This document shows positions 9,528-19,178 of a stretch of DNA of 64,000 bases, in pieces (positions within the stretch are counted from its first letter, which is position 1; each line of letters opens with the position of its first letter). A program made the translations under genes and the position numbers. The stretch is from Acidobacteriota bacterium (GTDB taxonomy: Bacteria > Acidobacteriota > Vicinamibacteria > Vicinamibacterales > UBA2999): contig JANLWW010000011.1 of assembly GCA_031364805.1 (NCBI GenBank), positions 9,149-73,148 of the forward strand, written 5' to 3'. Under the pieces are notes generated by a model that saw only the letters and a list, made by a program, of their open reading frames with translations, had not been told where the DNA came from and made no database searches.

Positions 9528-10310
9528 ATGATTGATCTCGGAACGGGAACGCCAATCGTGCTGATCCCCGGCCTGCAAGGCCGATGGGAGTGGATGCGCC
9601 CCGCCGTCGAGGCGTTGGCGAAGCACCACCGGGTGGTGTCGTACTCGCTGTGCGACGAGAGGACCAGCCCGTTCAAGTGCGATCTCGCGAAGGAATTCGA
9701 CAACTACGTCACCCAGGTGGGCATTGCCATGGACCGCGCCAGCCTCTCGCGCGCCACCATCGTCGGTGTGTCGTACGGCGGATTGATTGCCGCGGAGTTC
9801 AGTGCGCGCTATCCGGAGCGGGTGTCGGCGCTGGTACTGGCATCGGCGCTGCACAGCAGGTGGCAGCCGAATCTGCAACAGCGGCGATTCCTGAGCGCGC
9901 CCAGGCTGCTTACTCCGATGTTCGTGGTCACTGCGCCAGGACGGATGAGGCCGGAGGTCGCGGCAGCGTTTCCTACGATGGGAGCGCGGCTGCGGTTCAT
10001 GGCCGGCCAGGGTGCGCGCATCGCCATGGCACCGGCATCACCGACCCGCATGGCGCGGCGAGTCGCCTGGGCGTCGGCGCATCGGTTTGCCGATCCCAGG
10101 AGCATCCGGGCGCGCGCGCTCGTGATCACCGGTGAGCCGGCGCTCGACAGGGTCGTGCCGGTGCAAGTGACCGAGCAATACATGAACGAGCTGCAGTCGG
10201 CGCAACGCGTCGTGCTCGAGCGAACGGGCCACATCGGCCTGGTGACCCGGCCCGACGAGTTCGCGCAGATTCTTGGAAGGTTTGTCGATGACACCCGAAT
10301 TCCTGCGTGA
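9528..10310 (+). CDS. alpha/beta hydrolase
   Basis: 260-aa ORF with a PIVLIPG oxyanion region and a GVSYGG nucleophile elbow. Confidence 0.8.
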   Translation: MIDLGTGTPIVLIPGLQGRWEWMRPAVEALAKHHRVVSYSLCDERTSPFKCDLAKEFDNYVTQVGIAMDRASLSRATIVGVSYGGLIAAEFSARYPERVSALVLASALHSRWQPNLQQRRFLSAPRLLTPMFVVTAPGRMRPEVAAAFPTMGARLRFMAGQGARIAMAPASPTRMARRVAWASAHRFADPRSIRARALVITGEPALDRVVPVQVTEQYMNELQSAQRVVLERTGHIGLVTRPDEFAQILGRFVDDTRIPA

Positions 10311-10929
10311 GATCCCAGGGCCCATCGGCCCGCTCGAAGCGCTGCTGGACCTGCCCGACGGCGAGCCGCGGGCGGTGGCCGTGTTCGGCCATCCCCATCC
10401 GCTGCACGGCGGTACCATGCACACCAAGGCGCTCTACCAGGCCGCCAAGGCCATGCCAAGGATTGGCGTCGCCGCCTTGCGCTTCAATTTCCGTGGAGTT
10501 GGGCGCAGCGCCGGCGTCTTCGATTCTGGCCCAGGAGAAAAGGACGATTTCAAAGCCGCGATCGGCTTCGTGGCTGATCGCTTCCCCGGCCTGCCGATCT
10601 GGGCCGCCGGCATGTCATTTGGTTCGTGGATCGCCATGACGGTCGGCGCCGAAGACCCGCGTGTCTCGCTGCTGCTCGGCATTGCCCCACCCGTCGACCG
10701 CTACGAATTCGATGTCCTGCACAACTGCACGCTGCCGAAGTTCATCGTCCACGGCGAAGACGACGAGCTGATTTCAATCAAGGACGTGCGGAAGTTCTAC
10801 GGGCAGATCCCGGAGCCGAAGGAACTGATCACCATCGAAGACGCCAATCACCTGTTCGAAATGAAGACATCGCTGGTCGGCGACGCCGTCGAGGGCCTGC
10901 TGGCCGATGTCGCCACGCCAGTGAAATAG
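10288..10929 (+). CDS. alpha/beta hydrolase (short, single-domain)
   Basis: ATG at 10288 overlaps the upstream stop. Contains a GMSFGS nucleophile elbow and a C-terminal H in EDANHLF. Confidence 0.7.
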   Translation: MTPEFLREIPGPIGPLEALLDLPDGEPRAVAVFGHPHPLHGGTMHTKALYQAAKAMPRIGVAALRFNFRGVGRSAGVFDSGPGEKDDFKAAIGFVADRFPGLPIWAAGMSFGSWIAMTVGAEDPRVSLLLGIAPPVDRYEFDVLHNCTLPKFIVHGEDDELISIKDVRKFYGQIPEPKELITIEDANHLFEMKTSLVGDAVEGLLADVATPVK

Positions 10930-10937
10930 GAATCACC

Positions 10938-12116
10938 ATGCAGGATGCCGTTATCGTTTCCGCCGTTCGCACCGCCGTCGGCAAGGCGCCCAGGGGCACC
11001 CTCAGCGTAATGCGCCCGGACGAACTGGCCGCCAGCGCCATTGTCGGCGCGCTGGCTCGCATACCCGGGCTCGACCCGGCATCGATCGACGATGTGATCC
11101 TGGGTTGTGCGATGCCGGAAGGTGAGCAGGGACTGAACGTCGCGCGCATTGCGAGCTTGCGCGCCGGCATTCCGGTCGAGGCGTCGGCCGTCACGGTGAA
11201 TCGTTTCTGTTCGTCCGGACTGCAGGCCATCGCTTATGGCGCCGAGCGCATCATGCTCGGCCACGGCCAGGCGGCAGTCACCGGCGGCACCGAGTCGATG
11301 AGCATGGTGCCAATGGGCGGCAACAAGGTGTCGCCCAATCCGGCGCTGGTCGCCAGTTATCCGGATGTCTATCTCAGCACCGGCCTGGTGGCTGAGAATC
11401 ACGCGCGCGAATCGGCGGTGTCGCGAGAGGCACAAGACCAGTTCGCGCTGCGCAGCCACCAACGCGCAATCGCCGCGATCGATGCAGGCCGGTTCAAGGA
11501 TGAGATTGTGCCGCTCACGGTGCGGATCGTGGCGAATACCCCCAACGGCGGGCCCCACATCAAGGAGGTCGTGTTCGACACCGACGAGGGGCCTCGTCGT
11601 GACACCTCGCTCGAAGCACTGGCCAAGTTGAGGCCGGCGTTTCATGTCAGCGGCACGGTCACCGCCGGCAACTCTTCGCAGACCAGCGACGGAGCCGCCG
11701 CGGTGATTGTGACGTCTGCGGAGCTGGCCAAGCAACGCGGCCTGACGCCGCTGGCGCGGTTCGTCGGCTTCGCCACCGCCGGCGTCAAGCCCGAGTTGTT
11801 TGGTATTGGCCCGGTGCCGGCCATTCGCAAGGTGCTGAAACAGACCGGTCTGACGCTCGATCAGATCGATCTAATCGAACTGAACGAGGCGTTTGCCGCC
11901 CAGGCGCTGGCCTGCATGAACGAACTGGGTCTCGACCCCGACAAGGTCAACGTCAACGGCGGCGCGATTGCGCTGGGCCATCCGCTCGGTTGCACGGGCG
12001 GCAAGCTCACGGCCACGCTGATTCACGAGCTGCACCGCCGCAAGGCGCGATACGGGTTGGTCACGATGTGCGTGGGCGGCGGCATGGGCGCCGCTGGAAT
12101 CTTCGAACGAATGTAG
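10938..12116 (+). CDS. fadA: acetyl-CoA C-acyltransferase (thiolase)
   Basis: [18 protein letters not shown] start, with active-site regions [10 protein letters not shown] and [14 protein letters not shown]. The upstream extension in the ORF track (10626) is Arg-rich junk. Confidence 0.9.
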   Translation: MQDAVIVSAVRTAVGKAPRGTLSVMRPDELAASAIVGALARIPGLDPASIDDVILGCAMPEGEQGLNVARIASLRAGIPVEASAVTVNRFCSSGLQAIAYGAERIMLGHGQAAVTGGTESMSMVPMGGNKVSPNPALVASYPDVYLSTGLVAENHARESAVSREAQDQFALRSHQRAIAAIDAGRFKDEIVPLTVRIVANTPNGGPHIKEVVFDTDEGPRRDTSLEALAKLRPAFHVSGTVTAGNSSQTSDGAAAVIVTSAELAKQRGLTPLARFVGFATAGVKPELFGIGPVPAIRKVLKQTGLTLDQIDLIELNEAFAAQALACMNELGLDPDKVNVNGGAIALGHPLGCTGGKLTATLIHELHRRKARYGLVTMCVGGGMGAAGIFERM

Positions 12117-12117
12117 C

Positions 12118-12134
12118 CTCCGGCTTAGCCGGAG
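12118..12134 (+). other. intercistronic hairpin (7-bp stem CTCCGGC/GCCGGAG, 3-nt loop)
   Basis: Perfect stem immediately after the thiolase stop and 27 nt before the acyl-CoA dehydrogenase start. No T-tract follows. Confidence 0.5.
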
Positions 12135-12161
12135 CTGGACGAACAGCTGGGGAGAGACAAC

Positions 12162-13949
12162 ATGGTAAGCGCGACGACGGAAACGATGGCAAGAGGCGGT
12201 TCGTGGCTGATCGAAGAGACGGCGCCGGCATCGGTGATGACGCCGGAGAAAGTCACCGAAGAGCACCAGCTGATTCGGCAGGCGGCCTCGGAGTTCATCG
12301 CCGGCGAGGTGATGCCGGCCAACGAGCGCCTCGAGCAGAAAGACTGGGCGCTGCAGCGGGAGCTGATCAAGAAGTGCGGCGGCCTCGGCCTGTTCGGCAC
12401 CAACATCCCCGAGACCTACGGCGGCGTCGACCTGGACAAAATCTCGACACTCGTGGTGTCGGAGGAACTGGCCAGCCACGCCTCGTTCGGCGCCACGTTC
12501 GGCGCGCAGGCCAACCTGACCATCTTGCCGATCTACATGTTCGGCACCGAAGCGCAGAAGCAGAAGTACCTGCCTGGCCTGATCTCCGGTGAAGTGGTCG
12601 GCGCGTACTGCCTCAGCGAATCTGGCTCCGGATCGGATGCGCTCGGCGCCAAGACCCGCGCCATGAAGCAGGCCGACGGCAGCTTCGTGATCTCCGGCGA
12701 GAAGATGTGGATCACCAACGGCGGCTTTGCCGACGTCTTCGTCGTGTTCGCCAAGGTTGACGGAGAGCAGTTCACCGCGTTCATCGTCGAACGCAAGTGG
12801 GCCGGCGTCTCGAGCGGCAAGGAAGAGCATAAGCTCGGCCTGCACGGCTCGTCGACGACGCCGGTGATTTTGCAGGAGGTCAAGGTGCCTGCTGACGCTG
12901 TGCTGGGTGAGATCGGCAAGGGCCACAAGGTGGCCTTCAACGTGCTGAACTTCGGCCGCTTCAAGTTGGGGGCGATGTGTTCCGGCGGCGCGAAGGCGGC
13001 GATCGGCGAAGCCGTCAAGTACGCGGCCTCGCGCAAGCAGTTCGGCGTGCCGATTGCCACATTCGGCGCGATCAAGCACAAGCTCGGCGAGATGACCGCT
13101 CGGCAATACGCGCTCGAGAGCATGATGTATCGCACGGCTGGACTGATCGATCAGCGAATTGCCGGTGCGCCAGACAAGCAGATCGACGATCCCACGCCCA
13201 TGTTGCAGGCGCTCGAGGAATTCGCGGTGGAAGCCTCGATCGCAAAGGTGTTGGGCAGCGAGACCGTCGACTACGTGATCGACGAGAACCTGCAGATTCA
13301 CGGCGGCAACGGCTTCGTCCACGACTATCCCGCCGAGGGCCACTACCGTGATGCGCGCGTCAATCGCATTTTCGAAGGCACCAACGAGATCAACCGCCTG
13401 CTGATTCCGGGCATGTTGATGAAGAAGGCGCTGAAGGGTGAGTTGCCGCTGCTGGCGGCCGCCAAGCAATTGCAGGACGAGATCATGAGCCCGTCGATGG
13501 CCATGCCCGAAGCCTCGGATGAGCCGCTGATCGACGAGGCGCGCGCCTGCGGTATCTTCAAGAAGGTCACGCTTCTGGTCGCGGGCACCGCCATGCAGAA
13601 GTACGGGACGAAACTGGAGCAGGAGCAGGAAGTGCTCAGCTATCTCGCCGACATCCTGATCGACACCTACACCGCCGAAAGCGCGGTGCTGCGCGCGCAG
13701 GACGCGGCGGTCCGCAAGGTGTCGAATGCCGAGGCGCACGCCGACGCCGCCCGAATTGCGACCAACGAAGCCGCCGGCCGCATCGAACTGGCCGCGCGCA
13801 GCTGCCTGGCTGCGATGGCGGAAGGCGACACTCTCCGCACGCAGTTGGCGGCGTTGCGGCGGCTGATGAAGGTCACGCCGGTGAACACGGTCGCCATGCG
13901 CCGGCGGCTCGCCGACGCGACGGTCGCCAAGGGCAGCTACCTGTTCTAA
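12162..13949 (+). CDS. fadE: acyl-CoA dehydrogenase (long form)
   Basis: 595-aa ORF with ACAD motifs (CLSESGSGSDA, QIHGGNGF, RIFEGTNEI) and a C-terminal extension. Confidence 0.9.
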   Translation: MVSATTETMARGGSWLIEETAPASVMTPEKVTEEHQLIRQAASEFIAGEVMPANERLEQKDWALQRELIKKCGGLGLFGTNIPETYGGVDLDKISTLVVSEELASHASFGATFGAQANLTILPIYMFGTEAQKQKYLPGLISGEVVGAYCLSESGSGSDALGAKTRAMKQADGSFVISGEKMWITNGGFADVFVVFAKVDGEQFTAFIVERKWAGVSSGKEEHKLGLHGSSTTPVILQEVKVPADAVLGEIGKGHKVAFNVLNFGRFKLGAMCSGGAKAAIGEAVKYAASRKQFGVPIATFGAIKHKLGEMTARQYALESMMYRTAGLIDQRIAGAPDKQIDDPTPMLQALEEFAVEASIAKVLGSETVDYVIDENLQIHGGNGFVHDYPAEGHYRDARVNRIFEGTNEINRLLIPGMLMKKALKGELPLLAAAKQLQDEIMSPSMAMPEASDEPLIDEARACGIFKKVTLLVAGTAMQKYGTKLEQEQEVLSYLADILIDTYTAESAVLRAQDAAVRKVSNAEAHADAARIATNEAAGRIELAARSCLAAMAEGDTLRTQLAALRRLMKVTPVNTVAMRRRLADATVAKGSYLF

Positions 13950-14293
13950 GGGTCGCGGGGGACGTGGACATAGACCCACGTCTCCCGGCCTGACGCCAGC
14001 GGCGCCGTCACTCGCTCAAAGACGAACTCCGCCTCGTATCCGTCGCAGCTCACCAGCTCCGCGTCGGTAACCTCAAACGCCATGCCTGCCACGCGGCTGC
14101 CGACGTTGCCATTGAAGGCAACGTCGTGGTGGTGGGTCTTTCCCAGCCTGGCTGCCAGCGCGGGATCCTCGATCTTCACCAGCGCGGGTTCGAAGCCGAC
14201 AAGCTCGTCGCGCTGGCCCGTGAGCAGCCGACCGAAGGTGGACAGCTGGATGTCGTTGAGCTGCAGGGTGCCGTACGAGAACAGCAAGGGCAT
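13946..14293 (-). CDS. gamma-glutamylcyclotransferase (AIG2/GGCT-like) family protein
   Basis: 115-aa protein starting MPLLFSYGTLQ (the YGTL motif), from an internal ATG of the 315-aa ORF. The upstream part of that ORF is low-complexity junk. Confidence 0.65.
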   Translation of the reverse strand: MPLLFSYGTLQLNDIQLSTFGRLLTGQRDELVGFEPALVKIEDPALAARLGKTHHHDVAFNGNVGSRVAGMAFEVTDAELVSCDGYEAEFVFERVTAPLASGRETWVYVHVPRDP

Positions 14294-14353
14294 AGACGCG
14301 GGATCGTATAACAGCCTTTGACGCAGGCGCGGCCCAGGGGCTACTGTCGCGTC

Positions 14354-15394
14354 ATGCGTTTCACGATGCTGATGGCCGTTGTCGCACTGGCCACGAGCCA
14401 GCCAACGCGAGCGCTCCAAGCCCTGCTCGATGCGGAGCTGGCGGCGTTCCCGGCCACGACCGGCGTGCACGTCAAGCACCTGGCTACCGGCGAGGAGGCA
14501 GGCGTGCGGGCTGACCAGGAGTTCTCTACCGCCAGTGTGATTAAGCTGCCGTTCATGGTCCGCGCCTACCAGCTGGCCGACCGCAAGCAGTTGGACCTGG
14601 ACGAGCGCATCACGCTGACCCGCGCGCACCTGCGCCACGGCACCGGCGTGTTCCAGTATCACGATGCCGGGCTGCAGCCCACGCTGCGCGATGCCATCAC
14701 CGAGATGATCATCACCAGCGACAACACCGCCACCGACATCGTCTTGATGAAGATCGGCGGACCGGCCACTGTGACGAAATGGCTGGCCGAGAGCGGCTAT
14801 CCCAAACTGATCTCGTATGGGCGGCCGCACGACTATCGACGCGACCTCCTGGCGATGCTGGATCCGGCCTTCGCTAACCTGACGGCCGAGCAAACCACCG
14901 GCCTGATGTATGCCTCGGACAATAACCCGCTGTTCGCGCGGTATGGCGACCTGTTCACGGGGCCGCGGGCGAACTGGATCACCGTGGTTCGCGATCAGGG
15001 CAACCGACAGCGGCTGGCGCGCGAGCGAAACGAGCGCACGGCGACCGATCGGAAATTCTGGCTCGGCAGCATGACGCCGCGAGAGACTGCGCGACTGCTT
15101 GAAAGCATCGAGCGCGGCACTGCCGCGTCGAAAGGCAGCTGCGAAGCCATGCTGCTGGCGCTACGCCGCCAACAACTGGGCGCGCGCCGGCTGCCACACT
15201 TCATCGACGTGCCGGTGGGACACAAGACCGGCGACGGCGGCACGATTGCCAACGATGTCGGAATTATCTACGCGCGGTCGGGACCGATCGTGGTGTCGTT
15301 CTTTGCCAGCGGCGTGAAGGGGTCGTACGCAGAGGCGGAGGACCGCATCGGACAGCTGGCGAGCAAGCTCGTTAACCACTTCGACCGCCCGTAG
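14354..15394 (+). CDS. class A beta-lactamase-like serine hydrolase
   Basis: Signal-like N-terminus, with SxxK (STASVIK), SDN (ITSDNTA) and KTG (HKTGDG) motifs in canonical order. Confidence 0.75.
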   Translation: MRFTMLMAVVALATSQPTRALQALLDAELAAFPATTGVHVKHLATGEEAGVRADQEFSTASVIKLPFMVRAYQLADRKQLDLDERITLTRAHLRHGTGVFQYHDAGLQPTLRDAITEMIITSDNTATDIVLMKIGGPATVTKWLAESGYPKLISYGRPHDYRRDLLAMLDPAFANLTAEQTTGLMYASDNNPLFARYGDLFTGPRANWITVVRDQGNRQRLARERNERTATDRKFWLGSMTPRETARLLESIERGTAASKGSCEAMLLALRRQQLGARRLPHFIDVPVGHKTGDGGTIANDVGIIYARSGPIVVSFFASGVKGSYAEAEDRIGQLASKLVNHFDRP

Positions 15395-15832
15395 TTATTT
15401 CAAGCGGGCCGCGATTCGCACGGCGAGGTCGTGATGCACGCTCACGTCAAACGGCGCGGCCGTCGTCCAGTCGTGCAGCCACACCGGCTTGATGCGAAGC
15501 TCGGGATCCTCTGACGCGTGTCGCGGGATCACGTGCGCGTGCAGCGCGGGCTCCACGTTGCCCAGAATCTCGTAGTTGATGCGCTCGGCGCCGGTCACGG
15601 CCAGCACGGCATCGCCGAGTGCCGCCATGTCATCGAGGAACTGTTGTCGGGCAACGCCCTTCAGGGCGTTCAGGTCCGGCACCACGGGATCCGGCAACAA
15701 CAGGCAGTAGCCGTTGGTGATCTGCGGATCGCCCAACACGGCCCATCCAGACACCATGCGCGCGACCACTCGCACCAGCTCGCCCTTTCGAGCGGCATCA
15801 ACGTGACGATGAATCGCAGTCGGCATGCTCAA
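15395..15832 (-). CDS. HIT-like domain protein
   Basis: 145-aa ORF with a histidine-triad-like LHAHVIPR segment. The triad is incomplete. Confidence 0.5.
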   Translation of the reverse strand: MSMPTAIHRHVDAARKGELVRVVARMVSGWAVLGDPQITNGYCLLLPDPVVPDLNALKGVARQQFLDDMAALGDAVLAVTGAERINYEILGNVEPALHAHVIPRHASEDPELRIKPVWLHDWTTAAPFDVSVHHDLAVRIAARLK

Positions 15833-15868
15833 CGATGGCCTACTTCCCTGCCGCGTCCTCGTGGTCCT

Positions 15869-16372
15869 CTAACTGCCAGTCGGAGCCGAAGGTTCGCCCT
15901 CGACATTCAGCACCATCGCCAGCAGCGAGTAGTAACCGCAGATGCCAATGGCATCGATGACCCCCTGCTCTCCCACCGCCTGGACGGCTCGGGCATGGAC
16001 GGCCTCGGCCAGCCGGGTTCGGTCGTGGATCGCTCGGCAAAACTCGTAAAGGGCGGCCTCGTCGTCGGCCAGGCCGCCGGGCCGCTGTCCAGACGCCAGC
16101 GCATCAAGCGTAGATTGCGCCACGCCTGCCTTCACGGCGATCGGCGCATGCAAGTCCCACTCGTACTGTTGATGCCAGTGGGCGGCGGTGATCAGGATGA
16201 CGAACTCGCTGAGCCGGGGCGGCAGGGCGCTGCGGTAGCGCAGGTACTCACCGAGGGCGCTGGCCTTGTTCAGGAGTTCGGGACTCTTGAGCAGGGCGAC
16301 GAAGGGACCGAATGGCTCGGTCCCTCGCAGCCGACGGAACTCATCAAGCGCCTGCTGCTGCGCGGGCGTCAC
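15869..16372 (-). CDS. carboxymuconolactone decarboxylase (AhpD-like) family protein
   Basis: GTG start at 16372 forms a GTGA overlap with the upstream stop. The 167-aa helical protein has an AAHWHQQYEW segment. The longer 334-aa ORF overlaps the aminotransferase and is rejected. Confidence 0.6.
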   Translation of the reverse strand: MTPAQQQALDEFRRLRGTEPFGPFVALLKSPELLNKASALGEYLRYRSALPPRLSEFVILITAAHWHQQYEWDLHAPIAVKAGVAQSTLDALASGQRPGGLADDEAALYEFCRAIHDRTRLAEAVHARAVQAVGEQGVIDAIGICGYYSLLAMVLNVEGEPSAPTGS

Positions 16373-17655
16373 GCCGCGGGCACGCCGTTCTTGAGCAGGT
16401 CTTCCATCGCCGCGACAAAGGTGTCGATCTCCTCGAGCGGCGTGTAGATGTTCGGCGTCACGCGAATGCCGTTGTACTCGGGACGCGTGATCGCGGTCGT
16501 GACGATGCGATATTTGTCCCACATGAAGGTGTTGATCTTCGCCGCCGGAATGTCCTTGATGCCGACGCAGCACACTCCGTAGACCTGGTCGAGGGCGGTG
16601 TGAAAGACGACGCGCGGGTTGGGCTTGAGCTTGTTCGCCCAACGCAGTGTCAGGTAGCGCAGGCGCGCAGCCACCCGATCGGTGCCAATCGCCTGGTGAA
16701 ATGCCAGCGCCTCGTTGATGGCGGCCTTGGTCGCCGCCGGCGAGGTGCCGATCTCCTCGAACTTGCGGATGTCGCTCTCGCTGCGTTCGGGCGCGGCCTG
16801 CAGGGGCCAGGTCTTGGCAATGCGATCCTTGCGGACATACAGGAACCCCGTGCCGGTCGGCGCCAGCAGCCATTTGTGCAGGCTGGTACCGTAGTAATCC
16901 ATCTCGAGGTCGCGCAGCTTGAACGGGAAGTGTGCCACGGCATGGGCGCCATCGACGATCGTGATGATGCCGCGGGCGCGGGCCATGCGCGAGATGTTCT
17001 GCACCGGGAAGATCTGCCCGGTCAGGTTGGTGATGTGGCAGAAGTGCAGCACCTTGGTGCGCGGCGTAATAGCGCCTTCGAGCATGGCGAACAGGCTTTC
17101 GCCGGTCGTCGGCACCGGAAAGTTCACCTTCTTGATCGTGATCTTCTCGCGGCGCGCGCGCTGGTCCCAGGTGGTCAGCATGCGGCCGTAATCCTGCTCG
17201 GTGGTGAGCACTTCGTCACCGGGCATGAGGTCAAGCCCGTTCTGCGCAATCTGCAGCGACTCGCTCGAGTTGCGGGTGATGGCCATTTCCTCGGGGTCGC
17301 ACCCGAACTCAGCTGCCAGCCGGCGGCGCACCACTTCGATGTTCCGCTCGATCAGCCCGCGATGATAGACCGGCGCCTGGTTCGAGTAATCGAGATAGCG
17401 CTTGTACGCCTCGTGCACTACCGTCGGGCTTGGGCAGCTATTGCCGTTATTGAGGTTGATGAGCGAACGATCCAGCGTGAACGCGTTCTGGATGTCTCGC
17501 CAATACCCCTCATCCGCCGCCACGTCCTCGGGTGTTCGGTTGCCCAGGGCCCGCGACGATTGCGCGACCAGTTCAATGCTGTTGGAGCCGAGGGCCACGG
17601 CAGCAGCACCAGCGGCCCCGGAAATTCGAAGGAATGAACGGCGGTCGGTCTTCAT
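16369..17655 (-). CDS. aminotransferase class V-fold PLP enzyme with twin-arginine signal
   Basis: Start MKTDRRSFLRISGAAGAAAVAL (a Tat motif). Class V fold segments are present (DGAHAV, SLHKWL with a PLP-lysine context). Confidence 0.8.
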   Translation of the reverse strand: MKTDRRSFLRISGAAGAAAVALGSNSIELVAQSSRALGNRTPEDVAADEGYWRDIQNAFTLDRSLINLNNGNSCPSPTVVHEAYKRYLDYSNQAPVYHRGLIERNIEVVRRRLAAEFGCDPEEMAITRNSSESLQIAQNGLDLMPGDEVLTTEQDYGRMLTTWDQRARREKITIKKVNFPVPTTGESLFAMLEGAITPRTKVLHFCHITNLTGQIFPVQNISRMARARGIITIVDGAHAVAHFPFKLRDLEMDYYGTSLHKWLLAPTGTGFLYVRKDRIAKTWPLQAAPERSESDIRKFEEIGTSPAATKAAINEALAFHQAIGTDRVAARLRYLTLRWANKLKPNPRVVFHTALDQVYGVCCVGIKDIPAAKINTFMWDKYRIVTTAITRPEYNGIRVTPNIYTPLEEIDTFVAAMEDLLKNGVPAA

Positions 17656-17717
17656 GGCCGCGATTATATGCCCCACGAGCCCTACCAGCCTCACCCGCCT
17701 GAGAGTAGAATCCGCGC

Positions 17718-19175
17718 ATGCGCACCATCTCGTTGGGGTTTCTGGCCACCGTGTTCCTGCTGACGATCTCAAGCTCCGCCCAGGACCGGGTCGACTTCAG
17801 CGTGGTCGAGAAGATCCGCGCCGAAGGCATGGACCGGTCAAAGGTGCTGGAGACGTTCGACTACCTGACGACGGCGATCGGTCCGCGCCTCACCAACTCG
17901 CCCGCGCATCGGCGTTCAGTCGCGTGGACGCAGGAAACGCTGAAGGCCTGGGGCATGAGCGAGGTGCACGCCGAGCCGTTTCAGTTTGGCCGTGGATGGA
18001 CACTCGACAAAGTCACCGTCGAGATGCTCGAGCCCCGATACATGCCCATGATCGGCTATCCCAAAGGCTGGTCGCCCGCGACCGCCGGGCGCGTGATTGC
18101 CTCGCCGGCGTGGCTACCCGGACTCGAAGCTGATGCGCTCAAGGCCCAGGCTGGAAAATTAAAGGGCGCGATCCTGATGACCAGCCAGATCCAGGACTAC
18201 GCCATCCGCGCCGATCGGCCCGCCGCCAGCGGCGACCTGAAGCCGCCCCAGCCGTCACCCACACGGCCGCCGCAACTGAATGCCGAGCGACTCGCACTGC
18301 TGAAGACGGAAGGCGTGGCCGTGACCATCGAACCGAACATCGGCGAGCACGGTACCGTGTTCGTCACCGGCCGTGACATGGCCGCTAACTCGGTGCCGTC
18401 GATCGTCCTCGCGTCGGAACACTACAACCTGATCGCCAGGCTGCTGCAACAGAAGGTAGCGGTCAAACTAGCGGTGGAGATTCAAGCCCGCTACCACGAC
18501 GACGATCCGCGCACGCACAACGTGTTCGCCGAAATCCCCGGCACTGACGCCGCTCTCAAGGATGAAATCGTCATGGTCGGCGCACACCTCGACTCGTGGC
18601 ATACCGGCACCGGCGCCACCGACAACGCCGACGGCGTGGCAACCACGATGGAGGCCATGCGCATTCTCAAGGCTCTCGGCGTACGGCCGCGGCGCACCAT
18701 TCGCGCGGCGCTGTGGGCTGGGGAAGAACAGGGCCTGCTCGGGTCCAAGGCCTACGTTGCCGAGCACCTCGCCGGCGACAAGAACAAGGCGGCGCGCGAC
18801 AAGTTCTCCGTCTACTTCAACCTCGATAACGGCTTCCCACCCATCAGCGGCTTCTACATGGAAGACAACGACGCGGCGCGCACCATCATGGCGGATTGGC
18901 TGAAGCCGGTTGCCGGTCTCGGCGCCATCATGCCGGCGCCCGGGCACATTGGCGCCACCGATCACCTGTCGTTTCTGGAGGTCGGCGTGCCCGGCTTCCA
19001 GGCAGTGCAGGACTACGTGACCTACGACGTGCGCACCCATCACACCAACGTGGATTTCGCGGAGCGCATTGACCCCGCCGCTCTCAAGCAGGCCTCGATC
19101 GTGATGGCCACGGTGCTCTACCAGGCGGCAATGCGCGAGGGCACCTTCCCCAAGCCGCCGCCGGTGAAGAAGTAA
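17718..19175 (+). CDS. M28 family metallopeptidase (secreted aminopeptidase)
   Basis: Signal peptide present. M28 metal-ligand context GAHLDSWHTGTGATDNADG and WAGEEQGLLGS. Confidence 0.8.
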   Translation: MRTISLGFLATVFLLTISSSAQDRVDFSVVEKIRAEGMDRSKVLETFDYLTTAIGPRLTNSPAHRRSVAWTQETLKAWGMSEVHAEPFQFGRGWTLDKVTVEMLEPRYMPMIGYPKGWSPATAGRVIASPAWLPGLEADALKAQAGKLKGAILMTSQIQDYAIRADRPAASGDLKPPQPSPTRPPQLNAERLALLKTEGVAVTIEPNIGEHGTVFVTGRDMAANSVPSIVLASEHYNLIARLLQQKVAVKLAVEIQARYHDDDPRTHNVFAEIPGTDAALKDEIVMVGAHLDSWHTGTGATDNADGVATTMEAMRILKALGVRPRRTIRAALWAGEEQGLLGSKAYVAEHLAGDKNKAARDKFSVYFNLDNGFPPISGFYMEDNDAARTIMADWLKPVAGLGAIMPAPGHIGATDHLSFLEVGVPGFQAVQDYVTYDVRTHHTNVDFAERIDPAALKQASIVMATVLYQAAMREGTFPKPPPVKK

Positions 19176-19178
19176 TTG

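Noticed and set aside
10626-10937. Upstream extension of the thiolase ORF (496 aa in the track).
   Set aside because: The extension is Arg/Pro-rich junk that overlaps the preceding hydrolase gene. The canonical thiolase N-terminus starts at ATG 10938.
11871-13979. 702-aa ORF on the minus strand opposite the acyl-CoA dehydrogenase. Similar long antisense ORFs occur at 6899-8035, 16312-17637, 24983-26281, 27745-28782, 29802-31259, 41604-42785, 56350-57405 and 58401-59288.
   Set aside because: Their composition is Arg/Gly/His/Leu-rich with no recognisable motifs. Each lies exactly antisense to a gene with strong family signatures. This is the typical high-GC antisense open-frame artefact.
14294-14893. 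N-terminal 200 aa of the 315-aa minus-strand ORF containing the GGCT-like domain.
   Set aside because: It is low complexity and antisense to the beta-lactamase-like gene. The GGCT fold begins at the internal MPLLFSYGTL.
16373-16873. N-terminal half of the 334-aa ORF containing the CMD-family domain.
   Set aside because: It overlaps the 3' part of the aminotransferase gene in another frame and is compositionally aberrant. A GTG start with a GTGA coupling explains the gene.
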